64,000 nucleotides of DNA, taken from positions 25,544,001-25,608,000 of the forward strand of contig OZ024760.1 in assembly GCA_964016885.1 (NCBI GenBank), in the 5' to 3' direction. A program made the translations under genes and the position numbers. Numbering within the stretch: position 1 is the first letter of the stretch; each line of letters begins with the position of its first letter. Below are positions 33,961-50,041 of this stretch, one piece after another. The notes under the pieces are model-generated. The model was not told the DNA's origin and did not search any database. It worked only from the letters and a program-made list of their open reading frames with translations. This DNA is from Eledone cirrhosa. Taxonomy: Eukaryota.

Positions 33961-34872
33961 TATATGTTTATATATATATATATATATGTTTATATATATA
34001 TATATATGTTTATATATATATATATATATATATGTTTATATATATATATATATATGTTTATATATATATATATGATTATATATATATGTTTATATATATA
34101 TATATTTGTTTATATATATATGTTTATATATATATGTTTATATATATATGTTTATATATATATATGTTTATATATATGGTTATATATATATGTTTATATA
34201 TATATGTTTATATATATATATATATGTTTATATATATATGTTTATATATATATATGTTTATATATATGTTTATATATATATGTTTATATATATATATATG
34301 TTTTATATATATATGTTTATATATATATATATGTTTATATATATATATATGTTTATATATATATATATGTTTATAATATATATATATGTTTATATATATA
34401 TATATGTTTATATATATATATATGTTTATATATATATATGTTTATATATATATATATGTTTATATATATATATGTTTATATATATATATGTTTATATATA
34501 TATATGTTTATATATATATATGTTTATATATATATATGTTTATATATATATATGTTTATATATATATATGTTTATATATATATATGTTTATATATATATA
34601 TATGTTTATATATATATATATGTTTATATAATATATATGTTTATATATATATATGTTTATATATATATATGTTTATATATATATATGTTTATATATGTTT
34701 ATATATATATATGTTTATATATATATATATATGTTTATATATATATATATGTTTATATATATATATATGTTTATATATATATATATGTTTTATATATATA
34801 TATATGTTTATATATATATATATGTTTATATATATATATATATGTTTATATATATATATATGTTTATATATA
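33961..34872. repeat. Compound microsatellite (TA)n-GTT
   Basis: Direct reading. Confidence 0.95.
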
Positions 34873-35523
34873 TGTTACGGGGGTTGAACTGGTAATGAAT
34901 TCTTTATACATTATTTTCAACCAGTTCAACCCCCGTAACACTCTTGTTCGCCCGTTTAAGTGCTTCTATTGCATGTAACACTCTGCCGCACTATAGAATT
35001 ATATAAACAAGACACACGTGCGTACCACTCGGCGTAATTATTGCACTCAATAACTGCTTATGACTATCCTATCGCATTAATTTCATGTTTGTATATTAAC
35101 CTTAATTTTTGATTTTTCCTCTGTTGATATGAATGTAACCTTTAAATGTACACTGCCACACTGAACATTATGATGGTTGTCGACCTGCCAAGCAACAATA
35201 TTTGCATATGTATCTGTATATCTCTTGGGTTGAAAAGGAAGTCAAATTTGTGATCATCCATTAATAAATTGCTCCGAAGAATCCAAACCTAGGTTTGGAG
35301 GAAACAATTGTAAGCATACAAATGATTTGATCAGAACTTTGATTCTTATAACTTATATATAACTACTCTGTAAAACATCTGATGTTAGTACATTGAGCTA
35401 TTTAACTTACTTATAATAAGGTAGTAATATATTACTGCCTATCACTATTTAGAGTTTGTAAAAATATATATAACTACAAAAGGTTTTTGTATTTGCATAA
35501 CCATAAATAGTATCCTTAATACT
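34873..35523 (+). mobile_element. ~650-bp element in (TA)n with a 5' 21-bp hairpin and an internal hammerhead motif
   Basis: Perfect inverted repeat 34873-34893/34920-34940; hammerhead motif at 35270-35316. Confidence 0.55.
35270..35316 (+). ncRNA. Minimal type I hammerhead motif (variant core)
   Basis: tgct-CCGAAGA-atccaaacctaggtttggag-GAAAC-aatt-GTA-agca. Stem I tgct/agca, palindromic stem III ACAATTGT; U4C change and a 10.1-11.1 mismatch. Confidence 0.6.
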
Positions 35524-37501
35524 ATGTCTATATATATATGTTTATATATATATATATGTTTATATATATATATATGTTTATATATATATATATGTTTATA
35601 TATATATATATGTTTATATATATATATGTTTATATATATATGTTTATATATATATGTTTTTATATATATATGTTTATATATATATGTTTATATATATATA
35701 TGTTTATATATACATGTTTATATATATATGTTTATATATATATATATATGTTTATATATATATGTTTATATATATATGTTTATATGTTTATATATAAATA
35801 TATGTTTATATATATATATATTTATATATATATATGTTTATATATATATATATATGTTTATATATATATATATGTTTATATATATATATATGTTTATATA
35901 TATATATATGTTTATATATATATATATGTTTATATATTTATATATGTTTATATATATATGCTTATATATGGTATGTCTATATATATATGTCTATGTATAT
36001 ATATATATATATATATGTTTATATATATATATGTTTATGTATATGAATTCATATTTCGTTTCTGAATTTGTTTATCAAGATTCTTTATCTGAAAATGTCT
36101 GTTGAAACCGATATTTTTATACTTTCGGAGGGTCATGTTGCCAAAAAGAAACACACCAGTTGCTTTCACTCCAATTTATTATAAATTAGATTCATAAATT
36201 TAAGAATTTATAAATTTCCGGTGGTTGGTTGGTTCCACAACCGGACGATTGTTTATATATTTTCAAAGTTCTTTCGTTACATATTCTGTGACCTCTCTTA
36301 TAAACATATATATATATATATATAATGTGTTTATATATATATGTTTATGTATATATATCTATACATATATATGTTTATGTGTGTATATATATATATATAT
36401 AAATGGAATAGAATGAAACGAAATTTCATTTCTCACTCTTAATACGGCACTTACTTAAATGTAAGTATGTATGTATGTATGTATGTATGTATGTATGTAT
36501 GTATGTATGTATGTATGTATGTATACGTACATACACATATGTATACAGGCGTACATTAGTATGTATATATATATATATAGATATATATATGTGTGCTTGT
36601 ATGTATATATATACATACTAATGTACGTCTGTATACATATATGTATGTACGTATACATACATATATACCTATATATGTTTATGTATGTATATATATATGT
36701 TTATGTATATATGTTTATGTATGTATTTATGTATATATGTTTATGTATGTATATATATATATATATGTTTATGTATTATATATATATGTTTATGTAAATA
36801 TATATATGTTTATGTATATATATATATGCTTATGTATATATATATATGTTTATGTATATATATATATGTTTATGTATATATATATATGTTTATGTATATA
36901 TATATATATATGTTTATGCATATATATATATGTTTATGCATATATATATATATGTTTATGCATATATATATATGTTTATGTATATATATATATATATGTT
37001 TATGTATATATATATATATATATGTGTGTTTATGTATATAAATATATATATGTTTGTGTTTATGTATATATATATATATATATGTTTATGTATATATATA
37101 TATATATATATATATGTTTATATATATGTTTATACGTATAGATATATAGATATATATATATATGTTTATATATATTATGTCTATATATATTTATGTCTAT
37201 ATATATTTGTTTATATATATTTATGTCTATATATAATATATGTTTATATATATTTATGTCTATATATAAATATGTTTATATATATTTATGTTTATATATA
37301 TATATGTTCATATATATTTATGTCTATATATAAATATGTTTATATATATATATGTTTATATATAAGTTTATATAAATTTATGTCTATATTTATTTGTTTT
37401 ATATATTTATGTATATATATATGTTTATATATATATATATATCTTTATATATATATGTCTATATATATATATATATATGTTTATATATATATATATATGT
37501 C

Positions 37502-37537
<36 letters not shown>

Positions 37538-37578
37538 ATGTTTATATATATATATATATGTTTATATATATATATATA

Positions 37579-37609
<31 letters not shown>

Positions 37610-37734
37610 GTTTATATATATATATGTCTATGTATATATGTTTATATATATATATATATGTCTATATATATATATATATATATATATGTTTATATATATA
37701 TATGTCTATGTATATATGTTTATATATATATATA

Positions 37735-37773
<39 letters not shown>

Positions 37774-37953
37774 GTTTATATATATATATATGTTTATATA
37801 TATATGTTTATATATGTTCATATATATATATATGTTATATATGTTGATATATGTTCATATATATATATATGTTTAGATATGTTTATACATATATATATAT
37901 ATATATATATATGTTTATATATATATATTTATATATATGTTTATATATATATT

Positions 37954-37986
<33 letters not shown>

Positions 37987-39170
37987 TTATACATATATAT
38001 ATATATGTTTATATATATATACATGTTTTATATATATGTTTATACATATATATATATATATATATGTGTGTTTATATATATATATATGTGTGTTTATATA
38101 TATATATATGTTTATATACATATGTTTATATATATCTTTAAATATATTTATATATATATGTTTATATATATGTTTATATATATATGTTTATATATATCTT
38201 TAAATATATTTATATATATGTTTATATATATGTTTATATATATGTTTAAATATATTTATATCTATGTTTATATATATAGGTTTATATATATATATATATA
38301 TGTTTATATATATAGGTTTATATATATATATATATGTTTATATATATATATATATGTTTATATATATGGTTATATATATATGTTTATATATATATTTATA
38401 TATATGTTTATATATATATATGTTTTTATATATATGTTTATACATATATATATATGTTTATATATATGTTTATACATATATATATATATATGTTTATGTT
38501 TATATATGTTTATATATGTTTATATATATGTTTATATATATATGTTTATATATATATGTTTATACATATATATATATATATATGTTTATACACATATATA
38601 TATATGTTTATATATATGTTTATATATATGTTTATAAATATGTTTTTATATATGTTTTTATATATGTTTATATATATATGTTTATATATATATGTTTATA
38701 TATTATGTTTATATATATATGTTTATACATATATATATATGTTTATATATATATGTTTATATATATATATATATATGTTTCTATATATATATATATATGT
38801 TTCTATATATATATATGTTTCTGTATATATATATATGTTTATATATATATATGTTTATATATATATATATATGTTTATATATATATATACTTATATATAT
38901 ATATATGTATGTTTATATATATATATATGTTTATATATATATATGTTTATATATATATATATATGTATATATATGTATGTTTATATATATATATGTTTAT
39001 ATATATATATGTTTATATATATATATATATGTTTATATATATATATATATGTTTATATATATATATATACGTTTATATATATATATTTATATATATTTAT
39101 ATATATTTATATATATGTTTATATATATATATATGTTTATATATATATATATGTTTATATATATATGTTT
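35524..39170. repeat. Compound (TA)n microsatellites with a short unique island at ~36045-36460
   Basis: Direct reading. Confidence 0.9.
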
Positions 39171-39612
39171 AGAGAGAGAGAGAGAGATCTTTAAATGTTG
39201 TGCACTCTGCCCTTTACATATATTGATATTTATGTCAGGATATCTTGAGTTACGTCTTGAAAAACATCACATAAATAGTATATATATATGTATATATATA
39301 TAACAGAAAAATGAATGGAATATCAACAACACCCAAACAAACAACACTGACCTAAGAGAAGTATAAATAAATAAATAAATAAATAAATACATACATAAGC
39401 ACAATAAAACAAACACATACAAACACACACTAGTAAACTAAGATAGAATACAATAACCAATACGCAGCCACCCAATCACGAACACACATCAAACAAAACA
39501 TTACACACACACGCAAACCCATGCGCAAAGAAGACAAAATAAACGAATAAATAAATAAATAAACAGCCTAAATAAAGATGGCATAGGCATACAATGCAAC
39601 GGGAGGAAACAT

Positions 39613-39668
39613 AATAGCACCACTGACGATGTTGCAGATGTGCAACGAAAGAACTTTGTTAGACTATT
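39613..39668 (+). ncRNA. Hammerhead motif (degenerate stem I)
   Basis: aatagcacca-CTGACGA-t-gttgca/gatg/tgcaac-GAAAG-aa-CTT-tgttagactatt. Confidence 0.5.
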
Positions 39669-39855
39669 TATATGTGTTTGTGTCTATATTGTATCTGTAT
39701 TTTTTACTGTTGGTCAGTCAATGGTAACATTGAGGACCGAATAAATTAAATTAACCGATATAAAAGACACAGAAGCGAAAACCAACCAAACGGTGAATGT
39801 TTTCTGTTATTAATTCTGGCAATATTATTACACAAATATGACCCTCCCCAAGTAT

Positions 39856-39906
<51 letters not shown>

Positions 39907-40216
39907 CGCGCACAGATATCTATATATATAATGAAGGTTTAGCAAATAAGATAAAGTTTCAAAATAAATTTTAAAAAATTAACTGTACTTACTATACTTA
40001 CTATGGTTACCTTTACCGAGTCGGTTTCGATTCTCAAAATAAACGGAGTCCATAAGGTCTTCGTTGCAAAGAAAGAATCTCGTCAGAAGGTTCTTTTCAT
40101 TCAGAGAATATAAAATTCTCGAATTCAAATTACGATATATATATATATATATATATACATATATACACAGAAACATATATATATATATATATATATACAT
40201 ATATACACACAAACAG

Positions 40217-40456
<240 letters not shown>

Positions 40457-40689
40457 ATATATGTATTCAGTGCAACAAAATGTTACCCGGTCGTGTACTG
40501 TACGATACGATATGTTAACCTTATATTAGTATATTTGCGATAATATATTTATTAATAAATATTTATATGAACTATATCAATTAAATTGAATTGGTGGAAA
40601 CTCATCTTTATGTCTTCTTGGTAAGCAACGTATAAAGTATTTCATGAACGGTAATAAAGTATTTTGTGCGTTTTCAAAGCAATTTCTTT

Positions 40690-41410
40690 AGTGTAATATC
40701 GGAGGAAACTGGCCCCGATTTGGTTTTAAATTTCCATGGGGATTTTTCCACTAATGACCAAATGACCATGGGTGTAACTTTCTCTGGTTCAAACTTAGGC
40801 AGAATGGTCTGTAGAAGGCCAATAGTTACCTATCGATGCAAGTCTTCCCTTTCTACGCCACCGATGTTGTCCAAGGGAATAATATAGGAGAAAAGTGGTG
40901 ACTTTGATCAAACATTTTCATAGAGAATTGTTCAAGCATGGCTAGCTGACCAAGGGTGTAACTTTCTGTGGCTCAAACCAAATCTGGGCAGTATGCTCTG
41001 TAGAAGTCCAATAGTTACCCATGGATGCAAGTCTTCCCTTTCTACGCCACCGATGTTGCCCAAGGGAATAATATTGGAGAAAAATGGTCACGCTTTGATT
41101 AAACCTTTACATAGAGAATTTTTCGCTTATGACTAGCTGACTAAGGGTGTAACTTTCTGTGGCTCAAACCAAACCTGGGCAGTATGCTCTGTAGGAGGCC
41201 AGTAGTTACCCATGGATGAAAGTCGTCCCTCTCTACGCCACTGATGTTGCCCAAGGGAATAATATTGGAGGAAATTTGCCACGCTTTATTTAGACATTTT
41301 CATAGAGAATGTTTCACGGATGACCAGCTGACCATGAGTGTAAACTTTCTGTGGCTGAAACCAAGCTTGGGTAGAATGGTCTGTAGGAGGCCAATAGTCA
41401 CCCATGGATC
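40690..41410. repeat. Diverged ~190-bp tandem repeat (~3.8 copies)
   Basis: ctacgcca anchors at 40853, 41042 and 41233. Confidence 0.85.
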
Positions 41411-41585
41411 ATCACTCGCCTTTATATGAGTGCTCCCTACAGAGTGCTCCATACTTGGGTAGTAGAGTGTTGTTTTATTATAACGTGTCGGGACTCGGAC
41501 GGCTAAACTCTTGCCGTTTCAACAGTGTGTCTGGCAGAATCTGTTGAAACGGCGAGAGCTCTGGTGGCGGGGTCCCGACTCTTTG

Positions 41586-41617
<32 letters not shown>

Positions 41618-41619
<2 letters not shown>

Positions 41620-42095
41620 GATATTAAATAAATGGAAACTATATTTATAAAACCATATTTATTTCATTATACATATTTCAGGGATACAAATTAAAATATG
41701 GTATGCCTCCATCAGACAAAATACAATATATAAACAGTTTTATAAATAATTTTGACGTACCCTATTAGATGCGACCATTATTTTTGGAAGCTGTCTGGAT
41801 ATCCAGACAGCTATCCAGACAGCTATCCAGACAGCTTCCAAAAATAATGGTCGCATCTAATAGGGTACGTCAAATTATTTATAAAACTGTTTATATATTG
41901 TATTTTGTCTGATGAAGGCATACCATATTTTAATTTGGTATCCCTGAAATATGTATAATGAAATAAATATGGTTTTATAATATAGTTTCCATTTATTTAA
42001 TATCGTATATCTACTCCAAAAACTTGTCGAGTGCTTTATATCGGTTATAAAATATTTACTTGTTGTATCCCAACAATTTTAAATAGAACTTTTGT
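41618..42095 (+). mobile_element. Penelope-pLTR-like fold-back element (palindrome 41618-42006 plus 3' extension)
   Basis: ~183-bp inverted arms; hammerheads at 41661-41722(-) and 41901-41965(+); homologous to 60554-60830. Confidence 0.7.
41901..41965 (+). ncRNA. Type I hammerhead ribozyme
   Basis: tattttgt-CTGATGA-aggcatacca/tattttaatt/tggtatccct-GAAA-ta tg t-ATA-atgaaata; 8-bp stem I with 2 G-U pairs. Confidence 0.7.
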
Positions 42096-42134
42096 ATATA
42101 TATATATATATATTATATATATATATACATATAT

Positions 42135-42701
<567 letters not shown>

Positions 42702-43197
42702 TTGAAAAAATAGTCGCCTATGGCAAAAGGAATGTGAAAGAATTAAAAAAATATGTGTGAAGACAGGAAAGTGAACAAATATAGAGAGTTCCATCTTATC
42801 AGTGAATCGCTATAGATACGTTATTTCAGTACTTTAAGATCGATACTACTGGCTCTAGTATAAATGGAATAGTATCAAATGGACAAAGGACAAGACGAGT
42901 GTCTTAACAATTATATATGCTACCCATTACAGCATAAGATATTCCTTTCTCTTCTCCAGATTTTAATAGATGCATACTAGTTGTTATCTCTTCCCCCTTT
43001 CTCTCTCTCTCTCTCTGTCTGTACATACATGTCTACATACATATGTATATATGTGTGGGTTTACATATGCATATATGTGTACATATGTGAGTATATACAT
43101 ATGTATATATATATATATATGTACACACGCACACATACATATATATATATTTATATATATATATATATACAGTGTCGTAGGTGTGTTTCAGATCTTT

Positions 43198-43397
43198 NNN
43201 NNNNNNNNNNNNNNNNNNNNNNNNNNNNNNNNNNNNNNNNNNNNNNNNNNNNNNNNNNNNNNNNNNNNNNNNNNNNNNNNNNNNNNNNNNNNNNNNNNNN
43301 NNNNNNNNNNNNNNNNNNNNNNNNNNNNNNNNNNNNNNNNNNNNNNNNNNNNNNNNNNNNNNNNNNNNNNNNNNNNNNNNNNNNNNNNNNNNNNNNN
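43198..43397. other. Assembly gap (200 N)
   Basis: Run of N. Confidence 1.
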
Positions 43398-43403
43398 TAT
43401 ATA

Positions 43404-43477
<74 letters not shown>

Positions 43478-43715
43478 GTATGTATGTATATGTATGTATG
43501 TATATGTATATATATATATATATGTATGTATATGTATATATATATATATATGTATGTATATGTAATATATATGTATATGTATATATATATATGTATGTAT
43601 GTATCTGTATATATATGTATGTATGTATGTATATATATATATGTATATGTATATATATGTATATGTATATATATATATGTATGTATGTATCTGTATATAT
43701 ATATATGTATGTATG

Positions 43716-43746
<31 letters not shown>

Positions 43747-43899
43747 ATTATATATATATATATATATGTATGTATATGTATATATATATATATATGTATG
43801 TATGTATATATATATATATATATGTATGTATATGTATATATATATATATATGTATGTATATGTATATATATATATATATGTATGTATATGTATATATAT

Positions 43900-43931
<32 letters not shown>

Positions 43932-44088
43932 GTATGTATATGTATATATATATATGTATGTATGTATATATATATATGTATGTATGTATATGTATATATA
44001 TATATATATGTATGTATATGTATATATATATATGTATGTATGTATATGTATATATATATATGTATGTATGTATATATATATATGTATG

Positions 44089-44132
<44 letters not shown>

Positions 44133-44190
44133 TATATATATATGTATGTATATGTATATATATATGTATGTATGTATATATATATGTATG

Positions 44191-44234
<44 letters not shown>

Positions 44235-44558
44235 TATATATATATATGTATGTATATGTATATATATATATATGTATGTATATGTATATATATATGTATG
44301 TATATGTATATATATATATATATGTATGTATATGTATATATATATATATATGTATGTATATATATATATATATGTATGTATATGTGTGTATATAAATATA
44401 TATATGTATGTATATGTGTATATATATATATATATGTATGTATATGTGTATATATATATATATATGTATGTATATATGTGTATATATATATATATATGTA
44501 TGTATATATATGTATATATATATGTATGTGGGTATGTATGTATATGTATGCATGTATG

Positions 44559-44592
<34 letters not shown>
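43398..44592. repeat. (TA)n/(TATG)n microsatellite
   Basis: Direct reading. Confidence 0.95.
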
Positions 44593-44593
<1 letters not shown>

Positions 44594-45182
44594 GCTACTG
44601 GTAACATGTATTCTAGTACAACCTGTCCCATGATCGGGTCCTTGGCGACTAAACTGGCAACCCCACCAAGGTTTCTTGGTGAGGAGGGTGACTGGACATC
44701 CAGCAGGAATAAAAACAAAACTTGTCAAATGGCAAAGGAGCTCTTAAGAGTCAATGGCCATCCAAAATCACTGGGCGAGATGACCCCTTAGCCTTTGTCA
44801 AGGCAGAATTCTAGGAGAAGGAAAACTCTGATATAACACCTGCAACCCTGATGGTATCCAATGATGTTGACTTGTTCTTGTTTTTGGTAAATATCATCTT
44901 GGTTAAAAGAGTGGGACTGGCTTTGTGCAGTGCCTTTCCTCACTATAAAAGCTTCACGGCACAGGCATTGCTTTATATCTTGAGATCTCTCTGCCCTTGC
45001 CGTCACATGGTTCCATGGGCCCAGCACTATGTGTCAATAATTGTCACAGGTGTAGTGTTTGTACCAGAGTTTTCAAGTCGCTGGCTGGACTGGAGGGTTA
45101 CACTCGTTCAGCGCATCGGTAGGGGTTCTCCTACATGGATATAAAGTAGTGGCCGTACTCGAAAACGAGTTGGCAGCCACCA
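44593..45182 (+). mobile_element. ~600-bp non-autonomous RTE-like element, copy 1
   Basis: Diverged direct copy of 50540-51140; ends gcagccacc(at)n. Confidence 0.65.
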
Positions 45183-45654
45183 TATATATATATATGTATA
45201 CACATATATGTATATATATGTATATATATGTATGTATGTATAATATATGTATGTATGTATTATATATGTATGTATTATATATGTATGTATTATATATGTA
45301 TGTATATATATATATATATGTATGTATTATATATGTATGTATATATATATATATATGTATGTATTATATATGTATGTATATATATATATATATGTATGTA
45401 TTATATATGTATGTATATATATATATGTATGTATTATATATGTATGTATATATATATATATATGTATGTATTATATATGTATGTATATATATATATATAT
45501 ATGTATGTATATATATATATGTATGTATGTATGTATATATATATATATGTATGTATGTATGTATATATATATGTATGTATATATATGTCATATATGTATG
45601 TATATATATATATGTATGTATATATATATATGTATGTATATATATATATATGTG

Positions 45655-45687
<33 letters not shown>

Positions 45688-45730
45688 GTAAATATATATA
45701 TATATGTATATATATATGTATATATATATC

Positions 45731-45761
<31 letters not shown>

Positions 45762-46033
45762 GTATATATATATGTATATATATATGTATATATATATGTA
45801 TATATATATATATATGTATATATATATGTATATATATATGTATATATATATGTATATATATATGTATATATATATGTATATATATATGTATATATATATG
45901 TATATATATATGTATATGTATATGTATATGTATATATATATGTATATGTATATGTATATGTATATATATGTATATGTATATGTATATATTATATGTATAT
46001 GTATATATATGTATATATATATGTATGTATATA

Positions 46034-47550
46034 TAACTTTGAATAACTTTGAAATGTTTTGGCCAGTATTGGCCCAGGCCATGTCTAACTTAATAGCACC
46101 ACCTGGCGAAGTCTTTCAATTCAGGATTTGGGCACCATGGCCCATTCGAGAAGAGAATTACTGTTTGCGGAGACATATCCGGGTGTGGGTGGTTTGTCCG
46201 GGATTACTTGGAGGAATTTGTCCAAAGATTTCTTGAATTTTGTGTGGTCAGTTTCTGTTTTGACGTGTCCTGGTGTGATGTTGAAGAGAGCAGGGCCGAT
46301 TGAGGTGAAATAATTGTGCCGTATTGTTGTTATGAGTTGCGATTTAGATTTTTGAATGGGACGGATAGCACGGGGGCCCAAGCCTTGGGTGTATCTTGAA
46401 GGCGATGCCAACATCATTTGGGCAGTGATGATGGAACATTTTCCACATCATGCAGATAATATAACGCTCACGGCGACGTTGGAGTGAGTAAAGTTTCAGG
46501 TTTTCCAATCGACCCCAGTAGTCAAGGTCTGACATGCCATCTATCTTTTTTGTGATTGCCCTTTGAGGAGCTTCAAGTTTCATGATACTTTGTTTCGTGT
46601 GGGGAGACCACAGTGGACAACAGTATTCAAGGTGTGGTCGGGCGAAAGTAGAGAAGAGAAGGATAATGGTGCGGGAATCTCTCGACTGGAAGGTTCTGAG
46701 GATCCAGGAACACATTCTGCGGGCCATGTCAACTTTGCTGCTTATATGCGTGGTCCAGCTTATGTTGCTGTCCACGGTTACTCCCAAGTCTCTGATGTTG
46801 TTAGATGCCACGAGAGTTTCCCCGGAGGGAAGGGAGTACGGGAGTTTCAGAGCATCCTCTTTTCCAAAGTGGATCAGTTCGAATTTGTCTTCGTTCAGTA
46901 ACATGTTGTTCTTTTCTGCCCATTGGGTAACAGCCAGTAGGTCTGACTGAAGGCTTATCCGGTCATCCACGCCATTGATGACCTTTTGGAGCTTGGAATC
47001 ATCAGCGAAAATTTTAATGTTGCTGTGTTTGATGATGTCAGTGATGTCATTAATATAGATGATGAAGAGAAGTGGGCCCAACACAGTGCCTTGTGGGACT
47101 CCACTACTGACTTTGGCTGGGCTTGATTTGACTCCCTCAACTACAACATGTTGGGTTCTGTTTGACAGGAAGCTCTTGATCCACTGCAGCAGCTTTCCAG
47201 TGACACCAATATTGGACAGCTTTCTCAGTAGAAGGTTATGATCAACCCTGTCAAAGGCCTTGCTGAAATCAAGGTAGATAACATCAGTGTTGGAACCCTC
47301 TCCCAAGGCTCTCAAAATGTCATCAAAGTGATGCAGTAGTTGCGTCAGGCAATCCCTTCCATTACGGAATCCATGCTGGTTGGAGTTCAGCATATTGTTA
47401 CTCTCAAGGAAGTGGGTCATTCGCGATCTCACCACTCGCTCAAATACCTTAATGATATGAGAGGTGAGTGAGATTGGACGGTAATTCACGGCAAGGGATT
47501 TGTTTCCCTTTTTGAAAACTGGGACAACAGACTGGGATAGAAGGTTTTCT
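46034..47550 (-). mobile_element. 5'-truncated CR1/L2-group LINE (RT domain to 3' UTR) with a 1-bp frameshift
   Basis: [40 protein letters not shown]; extra G near 46372-46376 relative to the + copy; tail (ttcaaagtta)2. Confidence 0.93.
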
Positions 47551-47921
47551 ATATATGTATATATATATGTATGTATATATATATGTATATATATATGTAT
47601 ATATATATGTATATATGTATGTATATATATATATGTATGTATATATATATGTATGTATATATATATATGTATGTATATATATATGTATGTATATATATAT
47701 GTATGTATATATATATATGTATGTATATATATATATGTATGTATATATATATGTATGTATATATATATGTATGTATATATATATGTATGTATATATATAT
47801 GTATGTATATATATATGTATATATATATGTATGTATATATATATGTATGTATATATATATGTATGTATATATATATCTATGTATATATATATGTATGTAT
47901 ATATATATATATGTATGTATG

Positions 47922-48008
<87 letters not shown>

Positions 48009-48415
48009 GTATGTATATATATATATGTATGTATATATATATATGTATGTATATATATATGTATGTATATATATATGTATATATATATGTATGTATATAT
48101 ATATGTATATATATATGTATGTATATATATATGTATATATATATGTATGTATATATATATGTATATATATATGTATGTATATATATATGTATATATATAT
48201 GTATGTATATATATATATGTATATATATATGTATGTATATATATATGTATATATATATGTATGTATATATATATGTATGTATATATATATGTATGTATAT
48301 ATATATGTATGTATATATATATGTATGTATATATATATGTATGTATATATATATGTATGTATATATGTATGTATGTATATATGTATGTATATATATATGT
48401 ATGTATATATATATG

Positions 48416-48448
<33 letters not shown>

Positions 48449-48474
48449 GTATATATATATATACATACATATAT
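47551..48474. repeat. (TA)n/(TATG)n spacer between the inverted LINEs
   Basis: Direct reading. Confidence 0.95.
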
Positions 48475-49978
48475 ATCCCAGTCTGTTGTCCCAGTTTTCA
48501 AAAAGGGAAACAAATCCCTTGCCGTGAATTACCGTCCAATCTCACTCACCTCTCATATCATTAAGGTATTTGAGCGAGTGGTGAGATCGCGAATGACCCA
48601 CTTCCTTGAGAGTAACAATATGCTGAACTCCAACCAGCATGGATTCCGTAATGGAAGGGATTGCCTGACGCAACTACTGCATCACTTTGATGACATTTTG
48701 AGAGCCTTGGGAGAGGGTTCCAACACTGATGTTATCTACCTTGATTTCAGCAAGGCCTTTGACAGGGTTGATCATAACATTCTACTGAGAAAGCTGTCCA
48801 ATATTGGTGTCACTGGAAAGCTGCTGCAGTGGATCAAGAGCTTCCTGTCAAACAGAACCCAACATGTTGTAGTTGAGGGAGTCAAATCAAGCCCAGCCAA
48901 AGTCAGTAGTGGAGTCCCACAAGGCACTGTGTTGGGCCCACTTCTCTTCATCATCTATATTAATGACATCACTGACATCATCAAACACAGCAACATTAAA
49001 ATTTTCGCTGATGATTCCAAGCTCCAAAAGGTCATCAATGGCGTGGATGACCGGATAAGCCTTCAGTCAGACCTACTGGCTGTTACCCAATGGGCAGAAA
49101 AGAACAACATGTTACTGAACGAAGACAAATTCGAACTGATCCACTTTGGAAAAGAGGATGCTCTGAAACTCCCGTACTCCCTTCCCTCCGGGGAAACTCT
49201 CGTGGCATCTAACAACATCAGAGACTTGGGAGTAACCGTGGACAGCAACATAAGCTGGACCACGCATATAAGCAGCAAAGTTGACATGGCCCGCAGAATG
49301 TGTTCCTGGATCCTCAGAACCTTCCAGTCGAGAGATTCCCGCACCATTATCCTTCTCTTCTCTACTTTCGCCCGACCACACCTTGAATACTGTTGTCCAC
49401 TGTGGTCTCCCCACACGAAACAAAGTATCATGAAACTTGAAGCTCCTCAAAGGGCAATCACGAAAAAGATAGATGGCATGTCAGACCTTGACTACTGGGG
49501 TCGATTGGAAAACCTGAAACTTTACTCACTCCAACGTCGCCGTGAGCGTTATATTATCTGCATGATGTGGAAAATGTTCCATCATCACTGCCCAAATGAT
49601 GTTGGCATCGCCTTCAAGATACACCCAAGGCTTGGGCCCCGTGCTATCCGTCCCATTCAAAAATCTAAATCGCAACTCATAACAACAATACGGCACAATT
49701 ATTTCACCTCAATCGGCCCTGCTCTCTTCAACATCACACCAGGACACGTCAAAACAGAAACTGACCACACAAAATTCAAAAAGTCTTTGGACAAATTCCT
49801 CCAAGTAATCCCGGACAAACCACCCACACCCGGATATGTCTCCGCAAACAGTAATTCTCTTCTCGAATGGGCCATGGTGCCCAAATCCTGAATTGAAAGA
49901 CTTCGCCAGGTGGTGCTATTAAGTTAGACATGGCCTGGGCCAATACTGGCCAAAACATTTCAAAGTTATTCAAAGTTA
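48475..49978 (+). mobile_element. 5'-truncated CR1/L2-group LINE with an uninterrupted RT reading frame (48476-49891)
   Basis: About 471 open codons with all RT motifs through ...[10 protein letters not shown]; no endonuclease domain or start codon present. Confidence 0.93.
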
Positions 49979-49994
49979 TATATATATGTATATA

Positions 49995-50041
<47 letters not shown>

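Noticed and set aside
47555-49891. 778-aa ORF as a full protein
   Set aside because: The first ~307 codons are microsatellite fused in frame by chance to a truncated LINE RT.
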